A DNA stretch of 64,000 bases from the human T2T-CHM13v2.0 reference genome, Homo sapiens: NCBI RefSeq assembly GCF_009914755.1, contig NC_060930.1. One strand, given 5' to 3'. Below the pieces are notes generated by a model. That model was not told the origin of the DNA, ran no database searches, and saw only the letters and a list, made by a program, of their open reading frames with translations. Each line of letters opens with the position of its first letter. Positions within the stretch are counted from its first letter, which is position 1. The position numbers and the translations under genes are program-made. This document shows, in pieces, positions 52,787-64,000 of this stretch.

Positions 52787-55700
52787 TGAGGAGGTTGGCT
52801 GCCTGGACATTAGTAAAGAACAACACAGACAATTTTAAAAACATAACTGTCTAGAAAGGGTGTGCCAGGCTTACAGTTTTGGCTCTTGAGTTTAGGTAAA
52901 ACTGAAAAGACAAAGATTAGGAAACAGAGTGAGTAAACTCTTAGAATATTTGCATAGTCTTTACTTGAATCACAATGATGGACTGGAATCTTTAACACAA
53001 TCTTGGCAGGAAACGGATGAGTAATCAAATTTTAAAAATCAAAAACAGAAGTAAATGTGAAAACCAAAGTCAATAATAGTGCTTAGTCATAGTTCTAGCT
53101 ATTGTTAAAGAAAGCAGAAGCTGAACAATGCTAAATAAGCAAACAACCAAAATACCAGAAGTTGAAATAGGGTAACACAGACTGCTTATCATTTTCCGTT
53201 TCTCTACCTAGTCCTTTGATTCTTTTGAAACTGGCATTTTTTTCTACACAAGACAGCGTCCCCACTTTCTAACTATTTTCAGGAGCTATTTGGAGGGTGG
53301 GTGGGGCAAGTGAGTAACTATGACATCAGTATATATAGAAAATGACAACAAACAAGCATCAAATCCTCGGCGGGGTGTGCTAAAGAGGCTTCTTGATGAA
53401 GAAAGCATGGAGGCAACACTCTCTGTATCCCAGGCTATTTAAAACCAAACTGGGGGATGCGCTAGGAAATGGAGCATAGGGGAGGGATTGTGAATGGCAG
53501 GGTATGGATTAGATGACCTAATAGATCTTTCCCATCCCTAATTTTCTGTGATTCATCTTGAGGCACAGACAGGCTGTCACGTAAATGTCTCACAGCACAG
53601 CTGGAGCTGGGGTAGATCAGGCGTGAGGCTCTGGCTCCTGCCATGCTGACATGCCGCTGTACCATTCTTTGCTTGGGAGCTGCAAAAACACCCATGGAGG
53701 AGAGATGCTCTGATAAGTTCACTGAAGGGTCCCCAGGGCAAGAATCCAGTCATATAATGCTAAGTTTAGACAGAGGCTGGACATGCTTTATCTCAACTGA
53801 CTAAAGAAAATGCAGGATCTGCAACCTGTACCAGCTTTTGGCAGCTGAGAAGAGCTATCCTGGTGGACTCAAATTCTCAGTCACTCCAGCCACTTGGACA
53901 AAGAAAGAAACTTCTGAGATGAGTCATCCTAGTTTTAGGTATCTTGTGCCTTCTCTGCAGAAGTTATATTAAAAATATTTGATAGTTGTTATGACAACCA
54001 GTCCATCAGCATAGACTCCATTCTCATGCTGTGACACAGTACTGGAGGCCTCATGCCATGGCTATGGTAAATCTTTGAGTTGGTGGATCATGGGAAGGTT
54101 TGGCCAATGTGTTCTACATGGCTGGGGTCATGTGGGGGATTCAGGAGACATGGAGACACTGCTAGCTTCCAAGCAGTGCAGAAGTATTTCAGTAGTCTAA
54201 GAATGTGTAAAAGTAGTATGTATGGGCTGATTCCTGACTAGGTGGAATACTTCCACATGAGGCTGCTGATGATATAAGGTATGTTCTCTGAAATCCACAG
54301 GCCCCACATTTCTCCTTGCCTGTTATCATGAGATGCCAGACCAAGGCATTCTGGTTGCATCATCTTTTCTGAATAGTGGGAAAAAACAGGATTATCTGTG
54401 GACTGAAGTCATAAGGTGGGGAGAGGACAGAAGCCCTGAGCACATGCACTTCTGCCACCCAAAGGATGTCACATGTTGGCTCAGGCTGCCTCTCCAGTGT
54501 GGGTGTAGCATTGAGTCTATTGTGCAGACAATTACTGGGAAACAGTTTTTGGAACTGCAAAGTTCAGTTTTGCAGGTTATATATGGAAAAAATAAAACCT
54601 GGCAGGAGAAAACAAATTGTTGCAAGGATTTGCTGTCCTCAAGCTCCCTTTCACAATTCCTTACTGTTACTCTGACTGCCAGGTGACCATGAATGGCTGC
54701 TCACATACCACGTGTGCTCCCCTTTACACCTTCCAGAGGAGAGGCCTTTGTTCTCCCCAGTTCAGGGGCAAGGCTGTCCGCATTTGTCCCTGCACCTAGA
54801 CACTGAAGTGTTTCTGCCATCATGTTTGTGCTATGCCCATGCGTGTTATCGAAGGAGATCCCAGAAGTTGTTGCTGAGCCATTACAGAGCATTCACTATA
54901 AATGCAAAGCTCCTGGGGGCCAATTTTAGAAAATTGTATACCCTGCAGAAGGAAAATATGCATGCTCTCAATACCAACCTGGAATGGAGGTGAGGGGGGA
55001 TGTTTGTTTTGTTTCTCATAAGCACCTTGGGAGGTATGGAAACAAATGAAATTTGAGTCGTATTTACCAAATAATATTATGCACATTCTAACATCACTAA
55101 TTTGCCACCTACCAGGCCCAGGATGCATACAGCCAGATCAGTAGCCACTGTCAAGATATAAGAGAAACAGGCAGCTTGCAAGGTGATTGTAGGACATACA
55201 CTTGTATTAACTGGGAAATACAGCCTTTAGGAAAGGGTTATTTTAAATATCAAATCCATTTAAACTGCTAAAATAATAATTTGATGTCTTTTCTGATAAC
55301 CCACAGAACTTTCTTAAGATCATTTCCTTTGAAGTAGTCAAAAATCCAGTTTTCTTATGTTATTGATTTTTAGAATTATAAATATATCTTATAAATATAA
55401 TATCTCATGGAAGAAGAGAAAAATTTTTGTCATACCACAAACACAGGTGAATAAAATAATACTTTTTATTGTTGTGTGTAACCTTAGGGTCCACTCAGGA
55501 AAAAAAGAGCCCATGTCAGATGGTTTACTAGGGGAAATTTAATAGAAGAAAATGGTCACAAAAGTAAAATGGGGTACTGAGGCAACTCAAAGGTGACCAA
55601 CAGCAGCATCTACTCCCACTCCAGAGCTACAGGGACCAAAGGAAACCTCACAGCTACTACCTCTGAGCTATCCCTGAAGTGGGAGAGTGAGGGCACCCTG

Positions 55701-56619
55701 GTTTTTCTCTTCTGCCTCCCATTAGTTGCTCCTATTTTACCAAACCCATCCAGAAGACAGCTGGCAAGAGATCCTGGAAAATGTAGTTCACAAGTATCTT
55801 AGCTCAGGTTCCCTTGAACTTTACCAACTATGCAAGGATTAATTGCTAATACATTAATGGAAGATTCAATCCTAGAGAAACAAGAATAAGGGGGAAAGGG
55901 AAGTGAGGTATGGAAGGATGGGGAAAAGCAAAACAAACAAAACAAGGTGACATGTTATTGAGCAGGAGATTGCTTCACTGAGCATAACTAATCACGTGGC
56001 CTCAAGAGGTCACTGGATAGGCTACTTGGACTATTGGAGGAAGGATGGGAGAGGAATGAAAGTGTTCACTTCATCCTATGTTCTGCTTCGTGTGGCCAAA
56101 GTTTATGCTCACAGGAAGTTACAGGCAGCTACTGAGGAAGCCAGAGCCCAGGACTTGTAACACAACACTTCTTCAGATTCTGAAAGCAATGTGAGGAGTG
56201 AGAGCCTAGGTGGGTCTCCTATGGTCTGACCTGGGTCCTGCTATGGTGAGTCCAACAGGGGCAGTTCTGGAGCCCAGAGCCTACTCAAAGGGAGAGAGAG
56301 ACAGCAAGAGATGACAGAAGATGAACGAGCAGTGACTGAGACTGCAGTAGCAGTCATAACAGCAATGTCTAGAACTCTCCGAGTGCTGATAGCCAAGGGC
56401 CCAAGACACAAGTACAGCCAAAGAGAGTCTGGGGCAACAGATAAAATCTGAACAGTGTTATGCAAGCAAACATCAGGGGCCTTGTGTGTGTGCTGGTCTC
56501 ACATACAGAACCCACTGCTGTTTTCCTTGCTGTAGTGAAGGACAGGAAAGGGGTAGAAAGGGGAGGAAAGGTAAAGGAAAAGAAAATGCTGGAAAGGAGA
56601 AGGGAAGTAATGGAGATCA

Positions 56620-56835
56620 GGGACTAACATTGGTCAAGTATGTTCATAAGCAAGTACAATAGATGATTTACAGACATCATTTCAATTACTCCTTAAAAGG
56701 ACCCTTTTAAAGCAGGTATTATCATCCCCCCATTTTATAGACGAGGGAATCTGAGACCCAGAGGGATTGAGTCACTTGCCCCTAAGCTCTCTCAGCTAGA
56801 AAGTGCCAAAGCTGGGCTTGGAGCCAGCTCAAAGC
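56620..56835 (-). mobile_element. MIR SINE
   Basis: aggtattatcatccccccattttatagacgaggg...cagagggattgagtcacttgccc. Confidence 0.75.
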
Positions 56836-57456
56836 TGTTATCATCCCACGGACACATGTTGTTCAACTATCTTTCATTATATGAACTGGCACATTTCCTT
56901 CAAATGCATATTTCAATTTCTAAGCCTTTATTTTTTCAATAGCTCACAATAAAATCATAAGTAATAATCCACTTTTAAAATGCCGAGGGAACAGAATCCA
57001 GAATTCAGCAAGCAATATTTGTGAAGGAGGCTGGAAGAGTTTAATAGAGACTGAGACATTGACAGAGAAGTGAGGGAAAGGATACTGAAGATTGATTTCA
57101 CTGGCCTCCTGTTCTTTCTTCCCCTCTCTCCTCTCTCTGCTCTCTTCTCCTGCTTTCTTTTTCGTCTTAAGTTTGTATTTGAATTCTTTTCTCCAAGACG
57201 TTGGTTTTGGGTTGGGAGGTTGCAGTAAGAGAATAGAGGTAACCTTACCTCTTCTTATCATCACCCAGCCAATCATGACAGAATTCTGGAGATATTAGGT
57301 GAATGTGGCACACATCATAAATGTTTCTCCTCATTTACACATGCCCTATTGCTGTAAAGTGGCACCTTATTTATATAGAACAAAGTCCACTTACACATAT
57401 CTTACACACTGTAGACTTTAGAATTAACTGTTTTCATTTATGAAATAAGACATTCC

Positions 57457-57742
57457 GGCCGGGTGCGGTGGCTCACGCCTGTAATCCCAGCACTTGGGGA
57501 GGCTGAGACAGGCAGATCACGAGGTCAGGAGATCGAGACAATCCTGGCTAACATGGTGAAACCCCATCTCTACTAAAAATACAAAAAGTTAGCCAGGTGT
57601 GGTGGCAGGCGCCTGTAATCACAGCTACTCAGGAGGCTGAGGCAGGAGAATGGCATGAACCTGGGAGGCAGAGCTTGCAGTGAGCCGAGATAGCGCCTAG
57701 GTGACAGAGCGAGACTCCATCTCAAAAAAAAAAAAAAAAAAA
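57457..57742 (+). mobile_element. AluY/Sc-type element with a 14-bp internal deletion
   Basis: ggccgggtgcggtggctcacgcc start; gatcacgaggtcaggagatcgagac; A tail; TSD aagacatt. Confidence 0.94.
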
Positions 57743-60699
57743 AAGACATTTCATCTGATTTTTTGGAATTATCTACTAGAGACATAAAATTTTCATCTTA
57801 AAAGGCATTAGAAATGTGGCCCTAAGAAAAGAAGACTGCTTAATTTAAACCTCTAGCGTGCTCCTTGCTCAATTTTAGCTTCTTATATGACTGATTTTTT
57901 CATGGGTGAGCAAAGAGGCCAAAGAGCAGATTCATTGAGAATCAAAGCAAAGGGAACATGATCATTCTCATTACGACCTAAGATACGCTTAAAAATGGAT
58001 GGAACTAAGAGAGTCCACTAAGAAACCATTTATATTTGGCTGGAATTGGAACGTTAAATGTGCCCAGGTTTGTGCTGCAAGCATTATTAAATAATGCTGC
58101 TACAGGAGTTCGTATCTGGCTTTTCCTGTTAGTAGATATAGCTACTTGAGACAAATTGCCAGTGGAGAAAACTTATAATTTCTAATAATATCCTTCTTTA
58201 AAAAAATTAAATTGCTCATATTAATTTTCAGATCGACACCTTTCACCATAGGCCATTGATTAAAATGTAGCCAAGTTATGTTCGGTCATGTCTCTTCAAG
58301 CCTCTGCAGAGATTGGAGTTAGGGTCTCAGATTCCAGAGCATTTGTCATCAGCAACCTAAGATCCTTCCTTAGCTCCCTTATTTTAATATCATTTCCCTC
58401 TTCCTCTGTACATTTTCCTGCTATTCAAAGAGCTCTCTATATTTACAGTTGCTTAGTTAACCTAGCTTCTGCATTACTGGGTAAAAGATGCTGTTTATCT
58501 GGAAGCTTGGATACCCATTCTTGACCACAATAGTCAAGCAATTAGTACAACCCTACCTTTCCTGATAATAAGAAAAGGAATGTGATAAGGTGAAAGTTGA
58601 TCTCTAGAACGTAATATAAAATCTATGTGTATGTGTCTATGTATGTGTATGTATGTATACATATGTGTGGGTATATTATTAATATATTTCTACTATGTGT
58701 AATCAGTCCTTCCTGTTGCTTTATACAGAAACAGCTACATAAAATAGGTGTGTTCTCAGCTATTTAAATGGATGATGTCCTCAAGGAGAAAAACAACTTT
58801 AATAATGTGATAGATGAAACTTGTATTCTATGGAAATCAGCTAGATGAACTTTGAAAAGCCTTATCATTTCCACTTTGCAGTGATCGAAACATTGCAACA
58901 TGTTTGTCCAAATATAGGATAACAAAAATATGCTATAACACCATTTCCTGATAAGAGCTACCACTCAAAAGATATTGCCCCTCTGTTCTCACTGGCAGTG
59001 GTTGGAAGGTTGAGGAAATGGCAGCCTAAAAAGGCAGGGGAAAATGAGGTTGGGAAGAGGATAGACGACGCATCCGCTTCTACCTTTCCTATTCTCACAC
59101 TGAATCCAAGTAGCTCATCTGCTGATTTGCTTCTAGGTCACATTGTAAATCATGCTGGGTTGACGATTTTATACTCAATTTTTCCATCTGCAATTGCTCC
59201 CAGTTCAGAGTTTAAAGTGTGTCACATTGTGACTGTATTTCCTTTTACCTCTAGCTATTTATTTTTGTTTTTAGGGGCTACACCATAGAATATAGAAATA
59301 GTTTCTTTCTCCTCCAGTGCATGTGCTTCAAAATTGCTTGTATGCATTTGCTTTCCTCCACGACAGTGTGAGGAGGAATTTTGTCTTGAATATGATAGCA
59401 AGAGAATTGTTTAGACCGAAATCTACCTCAAGTAAATTATCCTATTCTGCAAACAATCATCACTATCTGATTACTACCTGATTGGCACTGGCATATCATG
59501 ATCCTGTCCCCATGACCCACTCCAGCCAGCCCAGCTGGCTATAGCTTAATGAGATTATTCCTTTTTCTTTAACTATTTCATGCCTACTAACGTGGATTAT
59601 CTTTGAACACTTTTTACATCTGTAATGAGTATTTTTATTCTTGTCCAGCTGTGTCTTAAAATTTTGACCAAATTAATGAATACCTCTCTTTTGTTCTCAT
59701 TTTGAAACATAAAAGAAAATATTAAAAAATAGTACAATAGTTACTCGCATATCCACCAATCTCATTCCAGAATTATAAATCTTTTACCACATCACGCCTC
59801 TCTCTCTCTGTCTGTCTTTCTCCCTCTTCTTCTATTTTTTTTTTTTTTGGAACAATTTAAAGGGTAGAAATATCATCAAATTTTATACCTTAATACCTCA
59901 GCTTACATCTTCTAATAAGGACAATTCTCGTATAATTATCAAACCAGCTAAGAAAGTTAACAATAACATCTTCAGCCGTAACTGTCACATCCACCTCAGC
60001 TTTTTTCCCTCTTTGTGAATCAAAACAAACTAACCATCTAAATCATATAGTTAATGTAACCATTTTGGCATCCAGTAAAACAATGATTCAGTTCCTCCAC
60101 TGTGTAATATCTTCTCAATTCTACTGCAAAATGGCAAGTTCTGAGTACAAATTGCCCACAGGCATATCAAAGAATCTTGTACTTGAGAAGTCTATAATTA
60201 TGTAATGATGAGATCTGCCTGTGCTACTAAAATTTTGAAAAGGAATTGAAGTCCAAACATTGTCTTTAGTGTCTTGTTGTGAATGTAAAAAAAAAAAATG
60301 AAATTACTGTAGTATCTTTGAATGAGGGGGAAACTTTGCAAACACAGTCATAGTGAAAAATTCCATGGAAATATCATTAATTTATCCACAACCACTATGA
60401 GTAATGCCCACACCTTCACCACTCCCACTCAGACCTATATCTGTGCTGTTCTCTTGGTCACTGAACTTTTTTGTTATTACCTCAGATCCAGCCCCTTCGT
60501 CACTTTCAGGGACAGATCCCCATGGAGAAATGCTGTGAATCATGGGCTATTGGGCAGAACAGGGGACACAGCAAGGCTGACATGTCTTTGGTGGCAGTGA
60601 TGTAAGTGAGCCACATTTGATTTTTTAAGTAGACATTTATTAAAGTATAATATACACACAGAAAAGTAGCGGAGGGCAGCACAAGTATGAAAATGCAGG

Positions 60700-61245
60700 G
60701 TACTCATCCTACCTAGCCTTGCTCTAGCTGTCCCCTCTGCCTAGAACACTCTTTCACCAGATAGCTACGCCCTTTCCCTCCCTCAAGATTTTACTTAAGT
60801 GGCAACATCTTAGCGGGACCTTACCTGACCACCATATGCAAAATGGTAACCCCGTATTTCAGGTGTCTTCCTATCAGGACGAGGACCAGAGTGAGGCAGG
60901 CACCTATGGTACAGACTTCAAGGAGGCGGTCACTCTCAAGGTCCTGAAAGCTGGGTGAGGACTTGCACGTCCCTGAGGGAGAAAGTCTCTTTAAATTTGG
61001 TCCCTGGACATTTCCCTTGCCTCATCTTGGTTTCTCCCCTGTGACCTATTCCTCTTTCTTGCTTTAGTTTTTCCAAAGCCTTTTTTTGTAGAATGACAGC
61101 TCCTCAAAGGTGGGGATAGTATGTTTTGTTCACTGATTATTTTGAGCTTTGATACAGTGCCTGACACATTGCATGTAGGCTAGGCAATCAAATGCATATT
61201 TCAAATGAATGAATGAATGAATGAGTCAATGAATGACTGAATAAA
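60700..61245 (+). mobile_element. LINE-2 3' end with (GAAT)n tail, interrupted by a small hAT-like insert (~60875-61041)
   Basis: gctgtcccctctgcctagaacactctt...ttttgttcactg...acagtgcctgacacat...gaatgaatgaatgaatga. Confidence 0.65.
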
Positions 61246-61261
61246 TATGCTCTCCATAGGC

Positions 61262-64000
61262 ATTTTTATTGACACATAATAATCGTACATATTTATGGGA
61301 TACACATGATATTTTAAAACATGCACACAATGTGTAATGATCAAATCTGGGTCAGTGGGATATCCATCTCCTCAAATATTTATCATTTCTTTGTGTTTGG
61401 GAATATTCCAATTGTTCTCTTCTAGCCATTTTAAAATATACAATAAATTATTGTTAACTATAGTCCCCCTATTGTGCTATCAAACACTAGCATTTATTTT
61501 TTCTATCTAACTGTATTTTTATACGCATTAACCAGTCTCTCTTCATTCACCCCTCTCCTTTCCCCTTCCCAGCCTCAGGTAATCAGCATTCTATTTTCTA
61601 CCTCCATGAGACCAACTTTTAAAACTCCCACATATGAGTAAGAACATGCAACATATTTCTTTCTGTGCTTTGCTTATTTAACATGATTTCCTCCAGGCTC
61701 ATTCATGTTTCTGCAAATAACAGGATTTCATATACCTATTGGCCATTTGTATATCTTCTTTTGAGATATGTCTAGGTTTTTTTCCCCATTTTTAAAATCA
61801 GGTTATTTGTTTTCTTGCCCTTGAGTTGTTTGAGTTATTTACATATTCTGGTTATTAATCTGTTGTTGAATGGATAGTTTGCAAATATTTTTGCCCATCC
61901 TGTAGGTTGTCTCTTCACTGTGTTAATTGTTTCCTTTGCTGTGAAGGAGCTTTTTAGCTTGATATAATCTCATTTGTCTATTTTTGCTTTTGTTGCCTGT
62001 GCTTTTGAGGTTTTATCCAGAAAATCTTTGCCGAGACCAATGTCTTGAAATATTTCCCCAATATTTTCCTCTAGCAGTTTCATAGTTTCAGCTCTGACAT
62101 TTAAGTCTCTAATCCATTTTGAATTTACTTTTGTATATAGTGAGAAATAGGGGTTTAGTTTTTTTTTCTTCTGCATATGAATATCCATATTTTCCTAGCA
62201 CCATTTATTAGAGACTGTCCTTCCCCCAGTGTATTTTCTTGGAGTCTTTGTAGAAAATAAGATGGTTGTAAATATGTGAACTCATTTCTGGACTCTCTCG
62301 TCTGTTCCACTGGCCTATGTGTCTGTTTTTATGCCAGAATCATGCTGCTTTAATTAACTACCTGTGTAGTGTATGTTGAAGTCAGATAGTGTGATGTCTC
62401 CAGCTTTGTTCTTTTGCTCAAGATTGTTTGGTTATTTGGATTATTTTGTGGTTCCATGAGAATTTTAGGATTTTTTTTTCTATTTTTATTTTTTACTTTT
62501 ATTTTAGCTTCCCAGAGGGTACAGTTTTTTACATGGATAAATTGCATGCCACTGAGGTTTGGTGTAGGGATGATCCAGTGGCCCAGTTGGAGAGCTAGTA
62601 CCAGACAGGAAGTTTTTCAACCCATGGCCCCCATAGTAGTAGTCCCCAGTGCCTGTTGTTGCCATCTTCATGTCCATGTTTACCGAGTGTGTAGCTCCTG
62701 CTTATAAATGAGAACCTGCAGTGTTTGCAAGTTTTCTATTCCTGAATTAGTTTGCTTAGGATGATGGCCTCCAGCTGCATCTGTGTTGCTGCAAAGGACA
62801 TGATTTTTCTTTTTTATGGCTGTGTAGTATTTTACAGTGTGTATGTACCTCATTTTTCTTTATTCAGTCCACCATTGATGGGCATCTAGCTTGATTCTGT
62901 GTTTTTGCTGTTGTGAATAGTGCCATGATGAACACATGAATACATGTGTCTTCTGTGAAGATTGCTATTGGTATTTTGATAAGGATTGCATTAAATCTGT
63001 AGATCACTTTGGGTAGTATAGACATTTAAACTATCTTATTTCTTCCAAGCGTGAACATGGAATATCTTTTTATTGTTTTGTGTCCTCTTCAATTTCTTTC
63101 ATCAGTGTGTTATAGTTTTGATTGTAAAAATATTTTATCTCTTGGGTTAAATTTATTTACAGGTATTTTTTGGTAGCTACTTTAAATGAAAAATGCTTTT
63201 TTATTTCTTCTTCAGATTGTTCACTATTGGCATATAGACATGCCACTAATATTTGTATGTTGATGTTGCATCCTGCAAATTTCCTGAATTCATTTATCAT
63301 TTTCTACAGTTTTTTTTTGGGGGGGGGGGTAGAATCTTTAGATTTTTCTAAATAGATTATTATGTCATCTGCAAACAAGTTCAATTTGACTTCTTCCTTT
63401 CCAATTTGGATGCCCTTTATTACTTTCTCTTGCCTAATTTCTCTGGCTAGAACTTCCAGTACCATGTTGAATAAAAATGGTGAAAGTGGGCAACATTACC
63501 TTATTCCATATCTTAGAAGAAAAAGATTTCAATTTTTCCCTATTCAGTAAAATGTCAGCTGTGGATTTGTTCATATATGGCCTTATTATGTTGACAGACA
63601 TTTCTTATATAACTAATTTGTCGAGAATTTTTATTATTAAGTGATGTTGAATTTTATCAAATACTTTTTCTGCATCTATTGAAATGATCATATCGTTTTT
63701 GTTCTTCATTATGTTGATGTGGTATTAAACCATCCTTGAATCCCTGAGATAAATCCCAATGGATTGTAGTTAAAAATCTTTTTGATGTACTGTGGAATTT
63801 GGTTTGCCAGTATTTTGTTGAGGATTTTTGCATTTATGTTTATCAGGGATATTGGCTTGTAGCTTTCTTTTTTGTTGTGTCCTTGTGTGGTTTTTGTATC
63901 AGGATAATGATGGCTTTGTAGAATGAATTTGGAAGAATTCACTTCTCTTCAATTTTTTGGAATAGTTTGAGAATAATTAATACTGGTCTTCTTTAAAAGT
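61262..64000 (-). mobile_element. L1MA-type element (3'UTR and ORF2 relics), running off the window end
   Basis: tttttattgacacataataatcgtacatatttatggg 3' end; ORF2 remnants KLLEENIGE...KAKIDK and [19 protein letters not shown]. Confidence 0.85.
62482..62950 (-). mobile_element. L1PA/L1PB 3' end fragment nested within the L1MA
   Basis: T-rich tail, then primate L1 3'UTR (ttataaatgagaac...ggcctccagctgcatc...gcaaaggacatgat); host resumes at ttctgtgaaga. Confidence 0.75.

Overview
Primate, most likely human, genomic DNA: CpG-depleted, AT-rich and rich in Alu, L1, MaLR, MIR and L2 repeats. The window lies inside the metabotropic glutamate receptor 1 gene (GRM1), + strand. It holds two internal coding exons, 47309-47555 (247 nt) and 52585-52753 (169 nt), encoding the end of the Venus flytrap domain and the start of the cysteine-rich domain. 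The rest is intron: >47 kb upstream, 5 kb between the exons, >11 kb downstream. The intron contains about 10 Alus, an antisense L1PA with both ends, a ~1 kb internal deletion and a younger L1PA nested in its 5'UTR, a THE1 solo LTR, MLT LTRs, DNA transposon relics and a tailless 5S rRNA retropseudogene. I find no novel protein-coding system. The most notable unexplained structures are: (1) a 54-bp inverted templated copy inserted into an old Alu; (2) a ~510-bp non-tandem local direct duplication; (3) AG|GT recursive/re-splicing motifs in the L1 5'UTR and at the start of the 169-nt exon; (4) inverted AluY-type copies flanking both exons, a circRNA-type layout. Repeat subfamily calls come from recalled consensus motifs and are approximate.
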